In this document: positions 23,894 to 33,824 of the stretch, piece after piece
Position numbering within the stretch: the stretch's first letter is position 1
How the letters are laid out: each line of letters starts with the position of its first letter
Assembly: GCA_963767735.1 (NCBI GenBank)
Contig: CAVYES010000005.1
Location: 529,103-593,102 of the forward strand
Direction: 5' to 3'
Source: Candidatus Bathyarchaeota archaeon
Lineage (GTDB): Archaea > Thermoproteota > Bathyarchaeia > Bathyarchaeales > Bathycorpusculaceae
DNA length: 64,000 bases
Position numbers and translations under genes: made by a program
The notes under the pieces: model-generated
What the model was told of the DNA's origin: nothing
Databases searched by the model: none
Seen by the model: only the letters and a program-made list of their open reading frames with translations

Positions 23894-24663
23894 CGGAAGA
23901 TTATGAACAGCCTGAAGAACGAAAATCATCTTATACCCCACTAATACTTGCTGCAGGAATTGCAATAGTGCTTTTGGGCATCGTAATTTTCTTGCCGCTA
24001 GCCGTAGCAGGTGGGGTAATTGTTGCCGTGGCGTTGTTTAAATTGTTTAAAGATGGGGCGGAAGAAAAATTTGCTGAATTCAAAGAATCTGTTGAAGAGA
24101 AGTGGCCGCTTGAGTTTTTAAATAAAGAGAAACTCGGTGTCTGGGTTTTTCTTATGTCTGAAATCTTGATTTTTGGATCGCTTATTGTTGCTTATGTGTA
24201 TGTCCGGCTGTCCAGCAGTTCATGGCCTGTTGCCACTCAAACCCACGACGTAATGCTTGGGATGACTAACACTATTATCTTGCTTACCAGCAGCTTGGCA
24301 ATGGTATTTGCCCTTTACTCGATTAGGGAAGGCAACGTAAAGGGGTTAAAAGTGGGATTGATAAGTACATTTGCCTTAGGAGCTTCTTTTCTGGTAATCA
24401 AGCTTGGTATTGAATGGCCGCAGTATTACCGAAACGGTTTCACCATAAGCAGTGGTTTGCCTGGCTCCACTTACTTTGTCTTAACAGGGCTTCATGCTGT
24501 GCATGTTGCAGCGGGTTTAGTGGCAGTAGGATACCTAATATTCAGAACTTACAATGGAGGATTCACCAGCACAAAGCATTCTGCGGTGGAGAATATTGGC
24601 TTGTATTGGCATTTTGTTGATATTGTCTGGATGTTTCTCTTCCCACTCTTCTATTTAATATAG
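23890..24663 (+). CDS. coxC: Heme-copper oxidase subunit III
   Basis: [15 protein letters not shown] and [10 protein letters not shown]. Confidence 0.92.
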   Translation: MTEDYEQPEERKSSYTPLILAAGIAIVLLGIVIFLPLAVAGGVIVAVALFKLFKDGAEEKFAEFKESVEEKWPLEFLNKEKLGVWVFLMSEILIFGSLIVAYVYVRLSSSSWPVATQTHDVMLGMTNTIILLTSSLAMVFALYSIREGNVKGLKVGLISTFALGASFLVIKLGIEWPQYYRNGFTISSGLPGSTYFVLTGLHAVHVAAGLVAVGYLIFRTYNGGFTSTKHSAVENIGLYWHFVDIVWMFLFPLFYLI

Positions 24664-24942
24664 GTGAAAAATATGCCTGGAATGAAAATGTACGTAGGAA
24701 TTTGGTTTGGACTTGTAGTTGCAACTGTAGCGGAAGTAGTAACACGATCTCTACCAGGAGCGCTCTCACTGCTGGCACTTATCATACTCTTAATATCTTC
24801 AGGGAAAGCTATCACCATAGCATTGTACTATCAACATCTGCGTTATGAAGACAAAAGGCTGGCTCTCTTGCCAATAGCTGCTGTCGTGGGCGTTATTATT
24901 CTGGCGGTTGCGGCTGGAATGTCGATGTCACCGGGAATGTGA
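24664..24942 (+). CDS. coxD: Oxidase subunit IV
   Basis: Three TM helices, KAITIALYYQHLRYE; operon position. Confidence 0.8.
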   Translation: MKNMPGMKMYVGIWFGLVVATVAEVVTRSLPGALSLLALIILLISSGKAITIALYYQHLRYEDKRLALLPIAAVVGVIILAVAAGMSMSPGM

Positions 24943-24948
24943 AATTAA

Positions 24949-25470
24949 ATGACACATGCTTACAAAGCATATTTACCCCTCATCGTGATTGGGATTCTTG
25001 CAATCGCCTTCGCTGTTGGAGCAGCGGCAATGTTGATTTTCCAGCTTCAGCCTCCAATTCCAAGCTCCACTCCAAGCAAAACACCAAATGTAAACATTGT
25101 ACTCTATGAAGGAGAAATGCCAAACGGAGAATTCGGCTTTGGCACAGCTCCAAACAACTTAACCTCGCCTGGACCTACGCTTGGATTTTCAACATCGGAT
25201 CTGGTTAACATTACGGTTATGAACGTCGGAAAGCTCCCTCACGCTTTCGCTATAACTACCATGCCTACTGTAGGATCTCCTGTCCTTTTCGGTGCCGTAA
25301 TCGGCTCAGCAACCAATCCGCTTCAACCGGGGCAAGAAAGCTCAGTTGTTTTTGCTCCTGACAATGCCGCCTTTGATTACTATTATATTTCTCCTGTTGC
25401 TGGGGATGTTGCAAATGGAATGTACGGTGACGTTGTAGTTAGCTCAGTAACTGGTCCAGCCTTTCCTTGA
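24949..25470 (+). CDS. Membrane-anchored sulfocyanin/rusticyanin-like cupredoxin with degenerate Cu site
   Basis: PGPTL, PHAFAI, YYYISPVAGDVANGMYG. Confidence 0.7.
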   Translation: MTHAYKAYLPLIVIGILAIAFAVGAAAMLIFQLQPPIPSSTPSKTPNVNIVLYEGEMPNGEFGFGTAPNNLTSPGPTLGFSTSDLVNITVMNVGKLPHAFAITTMPTVGSPVLFGAVIGSATNPLQPGQESSVVFAPDNAAFDYYYISPVAGDVANGMYGDVVVSSVTGPAFP

Positions 25471-25520
25471 CGGTTCTAAAATACGTTTAAGACGTTTAAG
25501 ATTAAACAGAGAACTCGATT

Positions 25521-26388
25521 ATGAAACAAAAAATAGACAGATATCTTCAACTTACGAAGCCCAAGGTGACACTGTTAAACTTGCTTGTAGGAGTTACCTG
25601 CTTTGTGCTAGCAGCTTTTCCTGCGATCACTTGGTTTAAACTTGCATTGTTCGCTGTTATTGGCTATTTAGCTGCAGGCGGCTGCGGTGTCTTAAACAGC
25701 TTCTATGACAGAGACGTTGACAAATTAATGATGCGCACCTCGAAAAGGGCAATTCCTGCAGGTCAAGTGAGATCTAATGACGCGCTGATATTAGGGGTAA
25801 CAATGATTTCCGCAAGCTTTGCCTTCGCATATTTCTTGTTTAACCCCATGACTTGCCTGATGCTCGGTCTTGGAATGGTCTTTTACCTAGCTATTTACAC
25901 TGTTTGGCTGAAACGCATTAGCTCTTGGAATGTGGTTATAGGCGGCTTTGCTGGCTGTTTTGCAGGCCTTGCTGGTTGGACAGCTGCCGTTAACACGCTT
26001 AGTTTAATGCCTTTACTTGTTGCAATGCTCAGATTTTCTTTGGACACCTGGTCATCTGTGGGGACTTGCCATCAAAAAAATGAAGGAATACAAAACTGCT
26101 GGAATTCCTATGCTTCCAGTTAAGATCGGCATCGTTAAGACTTCACAGGTTGTTTTCTGGTTGAATCTTTTAACCGTTGCTTTCTCGTGTCTATTTCCAT
26201 TTTTTCATTTGACAGGTGCGATTTACATGACAATTGCCTTAACAGCGGGTGCCGTGTTTTTGTTCCAAAACAGGGGATTGCTTTTTTCCTCTTCTGAAGT
26301 ACAGGGGTTTAAAGTTTTTATTGCATCAATGCCCTATTTGATGTGCTTGATGTTGGGACTTATTATCGACAAAATCGTGCACATCTGA
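25521..26388 (+). CDS. ctaB: Protoheme IX farnesyltransferase (frameshift near 26030)
   Basis: LTKP, DRDVDKLMMRTSKRAIP, LKR..WNVVIGG, FLWTPGH and AGIPMLP. Confidence 0.92.
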
Positions 26389-26577
26389 ATCTTTGGTCCA
26401 CCATTGAAGCGAAGACAATAAACATAGTTTTTTATGTCGAAAAGCAAAAAACTAGAACAGCGTAAGGAGGTCTTTTACTGTTAGCTACTTCGCAGCCAAC
26501 AATTCAGTGGCGGTGTTGTTATAAATAACAGAAAATCTTTTTAACGCGATTAAGATAAATGGTTAAAGAGGATAATT

Positions 26578-27165
26578 ATGAAGAATCGAATCTTTTTAGT
26601 GCTTACCCTAATACTTGTTATCGGCTTAATATCAACCTTGACAGCAACCACAACTAAAGCGGCGACTTCGGGAACTTCAATAACGTTGTATGCAGGTTCA
26701 GTGACATCAGGCTCAGGCACATACGGGTACGGGCTCAGCTCAAGCGAAATCACCTCACCTGGTCCCCCATTAAATCTAGTAGAAGGCACAACCTACACGA
26801 TTACCGTAAATGATGTCAGCACCATGCAGCATTCCTTTGAAATAGTCTCAACCAAAGCAATAGGCACACCCCTGTTCAACTCAGGCATTGACATAACCAA
26901 TTTTATACCCGCCGGAGGTTCAGGGTCAGTCACTTTCACACCTACCCAAACAGGCAACTTCTACTACGTCTGCACAGTACCCGCACACATATCCCTTGGC
27001 ATGTGGGGAAACGTAGTAGTCTCAGCCGCCAGTACGTCTCCGACTCCAACAATTCCAGAATTTCCCACGGCATTGACATTGATTTTTACGGCGCTTGCGG
27101 TAACAGCTCTGGCAGCTTTCGTGGCACGACAGAAAAAACAGCCCAAGAACTTCGTTAAATTATAA
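26578..27165 (+). CDS. Secreted type-1 cupredoxin with PEF-type C-terminal sorting signal
   Basis: Signal peptide; HSF...YVCTVPAHISLGM; IPEFP followed by a TM helix and basic tail. Confidence 0.85.
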   Translation: MKNRIFLVLTLILVIGLISTLTATTTKAATSGTSITLYAGSVTSGSGTYGYGLSSSEITSPGPPLNLVEGTTYTITVNDVSTMQHSFEIVSTKAIGTPLFNSGIDITNFIPAGGSGSVTFTPTQTGNFYYVCTVPAHISLGMWGNVVVSAASTSPTPTIPEFPTALTLIFTALAVTALAAFVARQKKQPKNFVKL

Positions 27166-27232
27166 TTCTTTCTTTTTTATTGTTCTAATTTTATAATCGG
27201 CCTACATAGCCTTTTTCCTTTTCGAAAAATAG

Positions 27233-28126
27233 TTAATGTTCCAATGCTCTTATTCTTGGGTAAATGAACCGCACAGACAAGTATAAAACGAACACTATGG
27301 CGGTTATGAAAAAGCTAACGGGGTAGGGCGTATAAAAGGCGATAAAGAGCCCCAGCCATGTTGCGAACAGAGCAATGGCTACGGAAAGAATTATGACTTG
27401 GCGTGGTCGACCTGCAAGCATCTGAGCAATTGCAGCAGGCGTGATCATCAATGCGAAAATGAGCAGGACACCAACCACTTGAACTGCAAACGAAGTTGTC
27501 ACCGCAACTAGGAGCATGAAAATTACGCCGAGCCAAAGCACGGGCATTCCTTTTGCCTCTGCCACATCTTCGTCAAGCGATGCAAACAGGAGCGGTCGAT
27601 AAACCACAGCTGCAACAACCAGAATTACCACAGTTGCAACAAGGGTCAAAAGAACACCGCCGGTACTAACACCTAGAACTTCTCCAAACAAGATCGAATA
27701 AGCCTGCTCTGCATAGGCCTTATAGAGACTGAGGAATAACACGCCTAAGCCAAGCATAAATGCGAGAACTGTTCCTATCTGAACGTCACGCGAGGCGGCG
27801 CGCTTACCAAGCGCGGCAATCCCAAGTCCGCCTAAACTTGTGAACACTAGAAGACCATAGACCGGGGCAACTCCGATTAAAACAGCCGCCGCTGCTCCAG
27901 AGAAACCGATGTGGGAGAGCGCATGCGCTGCGAATGATGAACGGCGTAGCACAACGAAATAGCCAACGATGCCCGCTATGATTGCAACTAGGGTTCCTGC
28001 CTCAAACGCATGCTGCATGAAAGGGAAACTAAAAATCCGTTGCAGGTCAACTATCGGGTTAGGGCTGAAAGCAGACGATAAAGTAGAATATGATGTTAAG
28101 GTCATTCTGGTTGACACCCGTGACAA
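27233..28126 (-). CDS. znuB: Zn/Mn-type ABC transporter permease
   Basis: HALSHIGFSG, VGVLLIFALMITPAA. Confidence 0.88.
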   Translation of the reverse strand: MSRVSTRMTLTSYSTLSSAFSPNPIVDLQRIFSFPFMQHAFEAGTLVAIIAGIVGYFVVLRRSSFAAHALSHIGFSGAAAAVLIGVAPVYGLLVFTSLGGLGIAALGKRAASRDVQIGTVLAFMLGLGVLFLSLYKAYAEQAYSILFGEVLGVSTGGVLLTLVATVVILVVAAVVYRPLLFASLDEDVAEAKGMPVLWLGVIFMLLVAVTTSFAVQVVGVLLIFALMITPAAIAQMLAGRPRQVIILSVAIALFATWLGLFIAFYTPYPVSFFITAIVFVLYLSVRFIYPRIRALEH

Positions 28127-28902
28127 TCTTCAATGCCTACAATTGCGATGTTACCTCTAGAGTCTTTGAGGACTTCGACGTGAACTCCGAACAAAGCCGA
28201 GAGACACTCAGATGTCAAAACCTCATGTGGTGTCCCAGTTGCCACTTTGCCGTTAGCGATGTAAACCACTTTATCAAGGTAAGGCAAAAGTGGGTTGATG
28301 TTATGGGCTATAAGCAGCGCGGTCACGTTTCGGGATTCGACAACACTGTGGATAAGCTGCAGCAATTCTCTCTCGCGTCTCATGTCAAGATTCGACAGCG
28401 GTTCATCAAGCAACAGAACAGAGGGGTTACTTACTAGCGCCTCGGCCAGAAAGATTCTCTGTAGTTCTCCGCCAGACAACACGCCGAGAGAACGATGAGC
28501 CAAATCTGCGGCTCCAACGGCTTCCATCGCCGCGAGAGCTGCATTGCTGTCACGTTTTCGCCAAAAATAACCTGGTCCCCACTTCTTTCCAGAGAAACCC
28601 AGCCGCACAAGTTCCGTAGATTCAACATTGGTTTCAGCATCGAACATGTGTCGCTGAGGAACATATCCAATCTGCGGATTGCCACGCTTGGGAGCTTCAT
28701 CGAATATCTTGATTGTTCCGCTGATGGGTTGTTGCAAGCCGAGGAGCAAACGAAACAGAGTTGTCTTACCCGCTCCGTTAGGACCGATGACCGCGACAAA
28801 CTCACCGCGATTAATTGAGAAACTGGCTTCTCTCCAAACTATGTTGCCGGGGTAGCCGGCGACTAGATTCTTGGCTGTTATGATCTCGTACTGTGTGCTC
28901 AT
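28102..28902 (-). CDS. znuC: Zn/Mn-type ABC transporter ATPase
   Basis: GPNGAGKT, IGYVPQR, LSGGELQR and LLLDEP. Confidence 0.9.
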   Translation of the reverse strand: MSTQYEIITAKNLVAGYPGNIVWREASFSINRGEFVAVIGPNGAGKTTLFRLLLGLQQPISGTIKIFDEAPKRGNPQIGYVPQRHMFDAETNVESTELVRLGFSGKKWGPGYFWRKRDSNAALAAMEAVGAADLAHRSLGVLSGGELQRIFLAEALVSNPSVLLLDEPLSNLDMRRERELLQLIHSVVESRNVTALLIAHNINPLLPYLDKVVYIANGKVATGTPHEVLTSECLSALFGVHVEVLKDSRGNIAIVGIEDCHGCQPE

Positions 28903-28905
28903 TAG

Positions 28906-29901
28906 TTAATTACCAAGGGCTTGTTGGTTAAGCGCGTTCTGAAGAATGATTAACTGCGCATTCATCCATACTTGGAACGAGACATCGGACGGCTGAATGG
29001 TCTCCGTCACTGGAACTACTGGAATGTTATTTTGAGCAGCCAGTGATTTGATGCTTGATGTGAGCGACGTCACCGTTTGTTCGTTGTAGACCAGTACAGT
29101 GATGGTTCCATTCGTAATAAGATTATCGAATTGAACGATGCTCTGCGCTGGGGGATCGTTTCCTTCGGCGACGGCTTCCATGAATGCCGGAGGAGACACG
29201 AGGTCAAGACCGGTAGCGTTTGCCAGATACGCGAAGATGCTCTCTGTAGAACCTACCTTTACGCCGGCGAAATCTTGCTTTATCTCGTCAATCCGCGCGT
29301 TGTATGTGCTAAGCGATATATCGTTAGGACCGTTGCCATCTTTCAATATAGTATACTGCTGTGCGAAGTACGACTTGGCGGATGGTTCGATGGAACAGAG
29401 GATTTGGTACATCTCATCCACCGTACTATTCACATAGTAAGGGCTGTACCAGAAGTGAGGATTAGCATCAACTGTCTGGTTGATGAATTCTTGCACGTTT
29501 AAGACAACTTGATTTGAAGAAGCGCTTGCGGCGATCAGCTGAGACGCCCAAATATCATAGCCAGCTCCGTTGACGATTACAAATTGGGCATTTGCAATTT
29601 TTATGGCGTCAGCGGCACTGCTTTCGTATTCGTGAGGGTCAGCATTGGGATCTGTAACAATACTCGTCACATTAACTTTCGTTCCGCCAAGCTGAGATAC
29701 CAAGCTGCCCCAGAAATTTTCAGCGGCAACTATCTGTATCACTCCATTAGAACTCGCAGTGCCAGTTACTCCAGGAACAGTCAACCCATTAGAACTCGCA
29801 GTGCTGGTTGAATGTTTTGAGAGATAAATGCCTGTGAAGGTTCCCGCGACAATTAAGACAACCAAGACGGTTGCAATAATCACATAAATTGTTTTCCGCA
29901 T
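28906..29901 (-). CDS. znuA: Zn/Mn-type ABC substrate-binding protein
   Basis: AAENFWG, DPHEYE, NPHFWY; N-terminal anchor. Confidence 0.9.
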   Translation of the reverse strand: MRKTIYVIIATVLVVLIVAGTFTGIYLSKHSTSTASSNGLTVPGVTGTASSNGVIQIVAAENFWGSLVSQLGGTKVNVTSIVTDPNADPHEYESSAADAIKIANAQFVIVNGAGYDIWASQLIAASASSNQVVLNVQEFINQTVDANPHFWYSPYYVNSTVDEMYQILCSIEPSAKSYFAQQYTILKDGNGPNDISLSTYNARIDEIKQDFAGVKVGSTESIFAYLANATGLDLVSPPAFMEAVAEGNDPPAQSIVQFDNLITNGTITVLVYNEQTVTSLTSSIKSLAAQNNIPVVPVTETIQPSDVSFQVWMNAQLIILQNALNQQALGN

Positions 29902-29940
29902 TGTCTTCCCTTTTCTGTATGTGGATTGTAGTGAGCCATA

Positions 29941-29968
29941 TTATTAAGTTTTACTAATTTTTTAATAA
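29941..29968. promoter_or_regulatory. Candidate NikR-type operator
   Basis: TTATTA-N16-TAATAA inverted repeat upstream of the ABC operon. Confidence 0.35.
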
Positions 29969-30181
29969 CTCAAATCTTTAACCCTGTAAAATTCCGATAA
30001 ACGATGAAAAGCCTGTTGAACTTTTGCTTAGCCAAAGACAATAAATTTCGCGAAAGTTTTTGGTTGAAAAACCAAAACATCACCTTTAGAAAAAGTAATC
30101 ATAGAAGGCAAATAACTCATTGGGGAATAAGACGATTTATTAGTTAATCATTTTGTTACATTAAATGTTGAGGCGAATTGC

Positions 30182-30586
30182 GTGGAAATAATTAGCGTGT
30201 CGCTGCCTGAGGAATTACTCAAAGAGTTGGACGGCGTTTTAGGTGAACAGCACTCTGCGACGAGATCCGAAGTGATTAGGCAAGCTGTTAGAAACTATAT
30301 TACAGAATACAACGAGCTAGACAAAATCAAAGGCAACGTGATTGCCACCATAACCGTTCTTTATGAGAAGGCAGAGCAAAATGAAGAATTGTTCCATATA
30401 CAGCATGAATTCGGCGACATGATCGCGGCATATCTGCATTCGCATCTAAATGAAACAAGTTGCCTTGAGGTCATGGCGGTAAAAGGGCCCTCCGAGCGCC
30501 TCAAAAGCCTGATTGACTGTTTAAAGGCAAACAAGCCCGTTAAACAAATAAAATTCTCGGTCATGATAGCTGACGAAACAGAATGA
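30182..30586 (+). CDS. nikR: NikR-family metalloregulator
   Basis: RHH (ISVSLP...RSEVIRQA) plus QH, HSH and CLEV metal ligands. Confidence 0.88.
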   Translation: MEIISVSLPEELLKELDGVLGEQHSATRSEVIRQAVRNYITEYNELDKIKGNVIATITVLYEKAEQNEELFHIQHEFGDMIAAYLHSHLNETSCLEVMAVKGPSERLKSLIDCLKANKPVKQIKFSVMIADETE

Positions 30587-30630
30587 TTGGCTAATAACTT
30601 AATGCAGCCACATTTGCAAATTCTAATTGT

Positions 30631-31149
30631 CTATCCTTGTAGAACGGTTACGAATCCACCCATGTATCCGATCTGGTCAGGCTGCCCGTCGCTGCCGGTC
30701 GTCATTGCCCAACCTCCAGCATCGGTATCGCATGGATACACACACCACCAACGGTAAACGCCAGCTGTTGTCTCGTTAAACTGGAAATTAGACACTGTTG
30801 GAACTCCCGTTTCGTTGCTTGGCGGCACCACAAAGTTCACTCCTAAGCTTGTGCTAGTAAAGCTGTGCTCTCCGTTATCATAGTTTATAACTGTCAGATC
30901 GACTTCTTGGCCTGCGTAGACCGTGAAGTTGCATGGAGTAAAAGCGTCGTGAAGTAAACCATCAGGACCGAGCTTTACGTTGCTTTGAACTACCAACGTT
31001 ATATCCGCGGTTTTCGGCACACTAGCGGTTGTGATCGTTGGAGATTTAAAATTGTAGCCAATTATTGCACCCACCACCACAGCAGCTAAGATAACAACGA
31101 AAAAAGCAAGCCAAACCACTTTCGATAGATCATTACCACTCAAGGACAA
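30631..31149 (-). CDS. Membrane-anchored atypical cupredoxin
   Basis: EHSFT...YRWWCVYPCD...WAM...GYMGG. Confidence 0.7.
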   Translation of the reverse strand: MSLSGNDLSKVVWLAFFVVILAAVVVGAIIGYNFKSPTITTASVPKTADITLVVQSNVKLGPDGLLHDAFTPCNFTVYAGQEVDLTVINYDNGEHSFTSTSLGVNFVVPPSNETGVPTVSNFQFNETTAGVYRWWCVYPCDTDAGGWAMTTGSDGQPDQIGYMGGFVTVLQG

Positions 31150-31224
31150 TCATCGTGAAATAGCCCTATTTAACCGAGTTATCTTATCTTACATAACTAA
31201 AAAGATTGCGTTTATCCCAAATTT

Positions 31225-31350
31225 TCAGTTTAAGTTAGTCCCAGAGGAGAAAAACCGTTCCGCAGTGTATTTGCACGGTACCATAACATCTTCGTGGTTG
31301 ACCTCTTCGTTGTCATCATCGGATTCTGAGCCACAACCACATCCATACAT
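31225..31350 (-). CDS. Possible small acidic Cys-containing peptide
   Basis: MYGCGCGSESDDDNEEVNHEDVMVPC...; directly follows the previous co-oriented gene. Confidence 0.3.
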   Translation of the reverse strand: MYGCGCGSESDDDNEEVNHEDVMVPCKYTAERFFSSGTNLN

Positions 31351-31361
31351 TTTTAGTCTTC

Positions 31362-31685
31362 CTATCGAATTCTGCTCATTATGCCTCTGCAAAACCCGAT
31401 CATCCAATTGTAGGTTGGTTTGAGGATGTTGCTGGTAGTTGTCGAAGGTGTGCTCGATTGCTGTGGGAGTGTTCCAACTGCACCAGAGTATCCGTAGCCT
31501 CCCATCATGCCGTCCCTTCCCATCATTCCGCCGTTGGTGCTTCCGTAGGATGTTGCTGTGTTTGGAGAGTTTGTTGTTGCGGACGTGCCGATGCGTCCAC
31601 CCGTGTAGGCGTAAGCCGACGCAATTAGCAGTGCAGCGGCCAGGGCTACAAGGGTTAATGCGGCAATTATTTTTAAAGTTTTCAT
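31362..31685 (-). CDS. Secreted Gly/Met-rich protein
   Basis: Signal peptide MKTLKII..., GGMMGRDGMMGG; GAGGT SD. Confidence 0.7.
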   Translation of the reverse strand: MKTLKIIAALTLVALAAALLIASAYAYTGGRIGTSATTNSPNTATSYGSTNGGMMGRDGMMGGYGYSGAVGTLPQQSSTPSTTTSNILKPTYNWMIGFCRGIMSRIR

Positions 31686-31779
31686 TTTTAATTTACCTCT
31701 ACAATACATCTGTGGCTGCGTTTGGTATAGAAGTTGGCTGAAACAGTCTTGAAACAGTTTTTGAAAGTGATGAAGTAGT

Positions 31780-32457
31780 TTAGTTGGAGCTTTGTGCCTT
31801 TGAACTGTTAACCCAGTCTGAGATTGTGTCCTCGTTTGTGTTTCCAAGCGGTTTTACGGTGACTATTCCTCGTTCTGCGAATCGGGCTACAATTCGGTGA
31901 GTTTTAAGTCGATTAAGTCCCGCTTCTCTCCCCACGTACTTTTGCAGGTACTTCCCTTGATGAGCAATCAACACGGTGAGGACTTTTTGTTCTTCAGGCG
32001 TCATGGTCTTTAAAATCACTTCACAAGAGTTAGCAACAGGATTTGAGACAACGCCATCCGAGCCTGAAGTTTTCGTTGAAACCGCTGAAACTGTTTCATT
32101 TTTGGTCGGTTCGCAGGTTCTTTTGGTATTTCTGATTTCGGGGTAAACAACGTAGAAGCCAAAGCCTAAGATGCCTATCGCTACTGTCGCGATAAGAGCT
32201 ACAGGGATTACCCAGAGGTTACTTGCTGTTGTTGGCGTGGTTCCATTGCCGCTGCCACCCATCATTCCTCCCATGCCGCCGTTGTTTCCACTGCCTGTTG
32301 ATCTGCCTAAGCCCATGCTTTGCCACATTTGACCCATCCAGCTTGATTGGTAATAAGACGGTGAGGCAGTTGCTAGAAACACGCTGACCGCTGCAAGGGC
32401 AAGAAGTGAACATACAGCCACGCTTAGAATTATGATGAAAATGTGCAATCTACGCAT
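31780..32457 (-). CDS. Membrane-anchored wHTH regulator with Met-rich extracellular loop
   Basis: Two TM helices around GGMGGMMGG; C-terminal TPEEQKVL...HRIVARFAERGIV..GNTN. Confidence 0.75.
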   Translation of the reverse strand: MRRLHIFIIILSVAVCSLLALAAVSVFLATASPSYYQSSWMGQMWQSMGLGRSTGSGNNGGMGGMMGGSGNGTTPTTASNLWVIPVALIATVAIGILGFGFYVVYPEIRNTKRTCEPTKNETVSAVSTKTSGSDGVVSNPVANSCEVILKTMTPEEQKVLTVLIAHQGKYLQKYVGREAGLNRLKTHRIVARFAERGIVTVKPLGNTNEDTISDWVNSSKAQSSN

Positions 32458-32606
32458 AATTAAATAGATTTTTAAACGGTGAATTAAGGCTTCGCTTGTT
32501 CAACACTATTTTTTTCCATTTGAACCATTTACTTTGTAGAGCTGAGGGTTCGTGACTGACTATGGCTGTTCCTTAGTCAACATATACTATTTTGCTATAG
32601 TACCTT

Positions 32607-33551
32607 GTGGTGAAAAACAAAATGAGTCAACTATCTAATCCATTAGAAGTTTTGAAATCGATCTCGGAAGCAACAAGCATGCTAATCAAGAACATTTCGC
32701 AGTCAGTAGTTAGCGTAAAATCGCAAATGTCACATGGCACAGGCGTCGTCTTATCCAAAGACGGCTTCATCGTTACCTGCAACCACGTTCTCGCGGGATG
32801 CAACACAGTCAAAGTAGGTCAAGGAGAAAAAATCTTCAATGCGAAAATCGTCGGTTCCGACCCGTACAATGATATAGCCTTGCTGAAAGCGGAGAAAGGC
32901 GAATTTACACCCATAGAACTTGGTAATTCAGAAAAATTAAGCGTAGGTCAGTATGTTTTGGCGCTTGCTAACCCTTTTAATAGAAATCAACCAACCGCCA
33001 CCACAGGCATCGTAACTAACGTGAACGGCTCCATTAGGGGCTGGCGCGGAACGCATATGGAAAACATAATTGCCACCGACGCACAGCTTAATCCAGGCTT
33101 CAGCGGCGGACCCCTCGTAGACGTGGAAGGCAGAATCATCGGCATAAACGCGGCTTACGTTTGGCAAAGAGGCATCGCTATCCCAATAAACAAGGTGAAA
33201 GCGATCACAGACAGACTAATGACTGGAAAAGTAGACCAAAAAGGCTACCTTGGCATAATCGCAAACACCGTCGCCATCCCAGAAGAAATCTCTGAGCAAG
33301 CAGGCTTAGAACAAGAAAGCGGAGTAATGATTTTCTCCGTTGAACCAGGCTCGCCAGCACGCAAAGCAGGCTTAGCCATGGGCGATGTACTAGTAAAATT
33401 CAACGGCAAACCCGTCACAGACTTCTACGACCTACCAGCACTGCTCTCAGAAGACGTAATCGATAAAGAAACCAAGCTAACCATCATCCGAAGAGAAAAC
33501 CTGCTCGAAGTAACAGTTGTTCCCATCGTTCACGGAGGCGAAGAAGACTGA
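32607..33551 (+). CDS. htrA: HtrA-like serine protease with PDZ domain
   Basis: TCNHV, DIALL, NPGFSGGP; PDZ SPARKAGL..GD. Confidence 0.9.
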   Translation: MVKNKMSQLSNPLEVLKSISEATSMLIKNISQSVVSVKSQMSHGTGVVLSKDGFIVTCNHVLAGCNTVKVGQGEKIFNAKIVGSDPYNDIALLKAEKGEFTPIELGNSEKLSVGQYVLALANPFNRNQPTATTGIVTNVNGSIRGWRGTHMENIIATDAQLNPGFSGGPLVDVEGRIIGINAAYVWQRGIAIPINKVKAITDRLMTGKVDQKGYLGIIANTVAIPEEISEQAGLEQESGVMIFSVEPGSPARKAGLAMGDVLVKFNGKPVTDFYDLPALLSEDVIDKETKLTIIRRENLLEVTVVPIVHGGEED

Positions 33552-33799
33552 TAAACCGTTCCCCACTTGAGCTTGAACCGCCAACACCAATGCGTCCACC
33601 GCCACTTCGACGTTCACCCTACCCAACACCGCAACTCAGCAATGCAAGCGCTGTTGCTTCAATAGCCCCTTTCCCATCTGTTTTTGATTAAACAAGAGGG
33701 GCAACTTTTTTTTCTTTAAATCTTATCTTTCGCGTTTTTAGTATCGGTTTTTATGAAACTAGCTTTTGTTAGTTCTGCTATATTTTTATAATCGCTTGT

Positions 33800-33822
33800 A
33801 GTATTATTATTTTGGTAATACT
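33800..33822. promoter_or_regulatory. Candidate antitoxin operator
   Basis: AGTATTA-N9-TAATACT perfect inverted repeat just before the start codon. Confidence 0.55.
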
Positions 33823-33824
33823 GA

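Noticed and set aside
22204-24663. SoxM-style fusion of subunits I and III
   Set aside because: The subunit I stop overlaps a TTG start that has a GAGG SD, typical of coupled separate genes; a fusion cannot be fully excluded given the indel noise.
33552-33690. Pro-rich short ORF after htrA
   Set aside because: No clear start or motif; cannot be supported.
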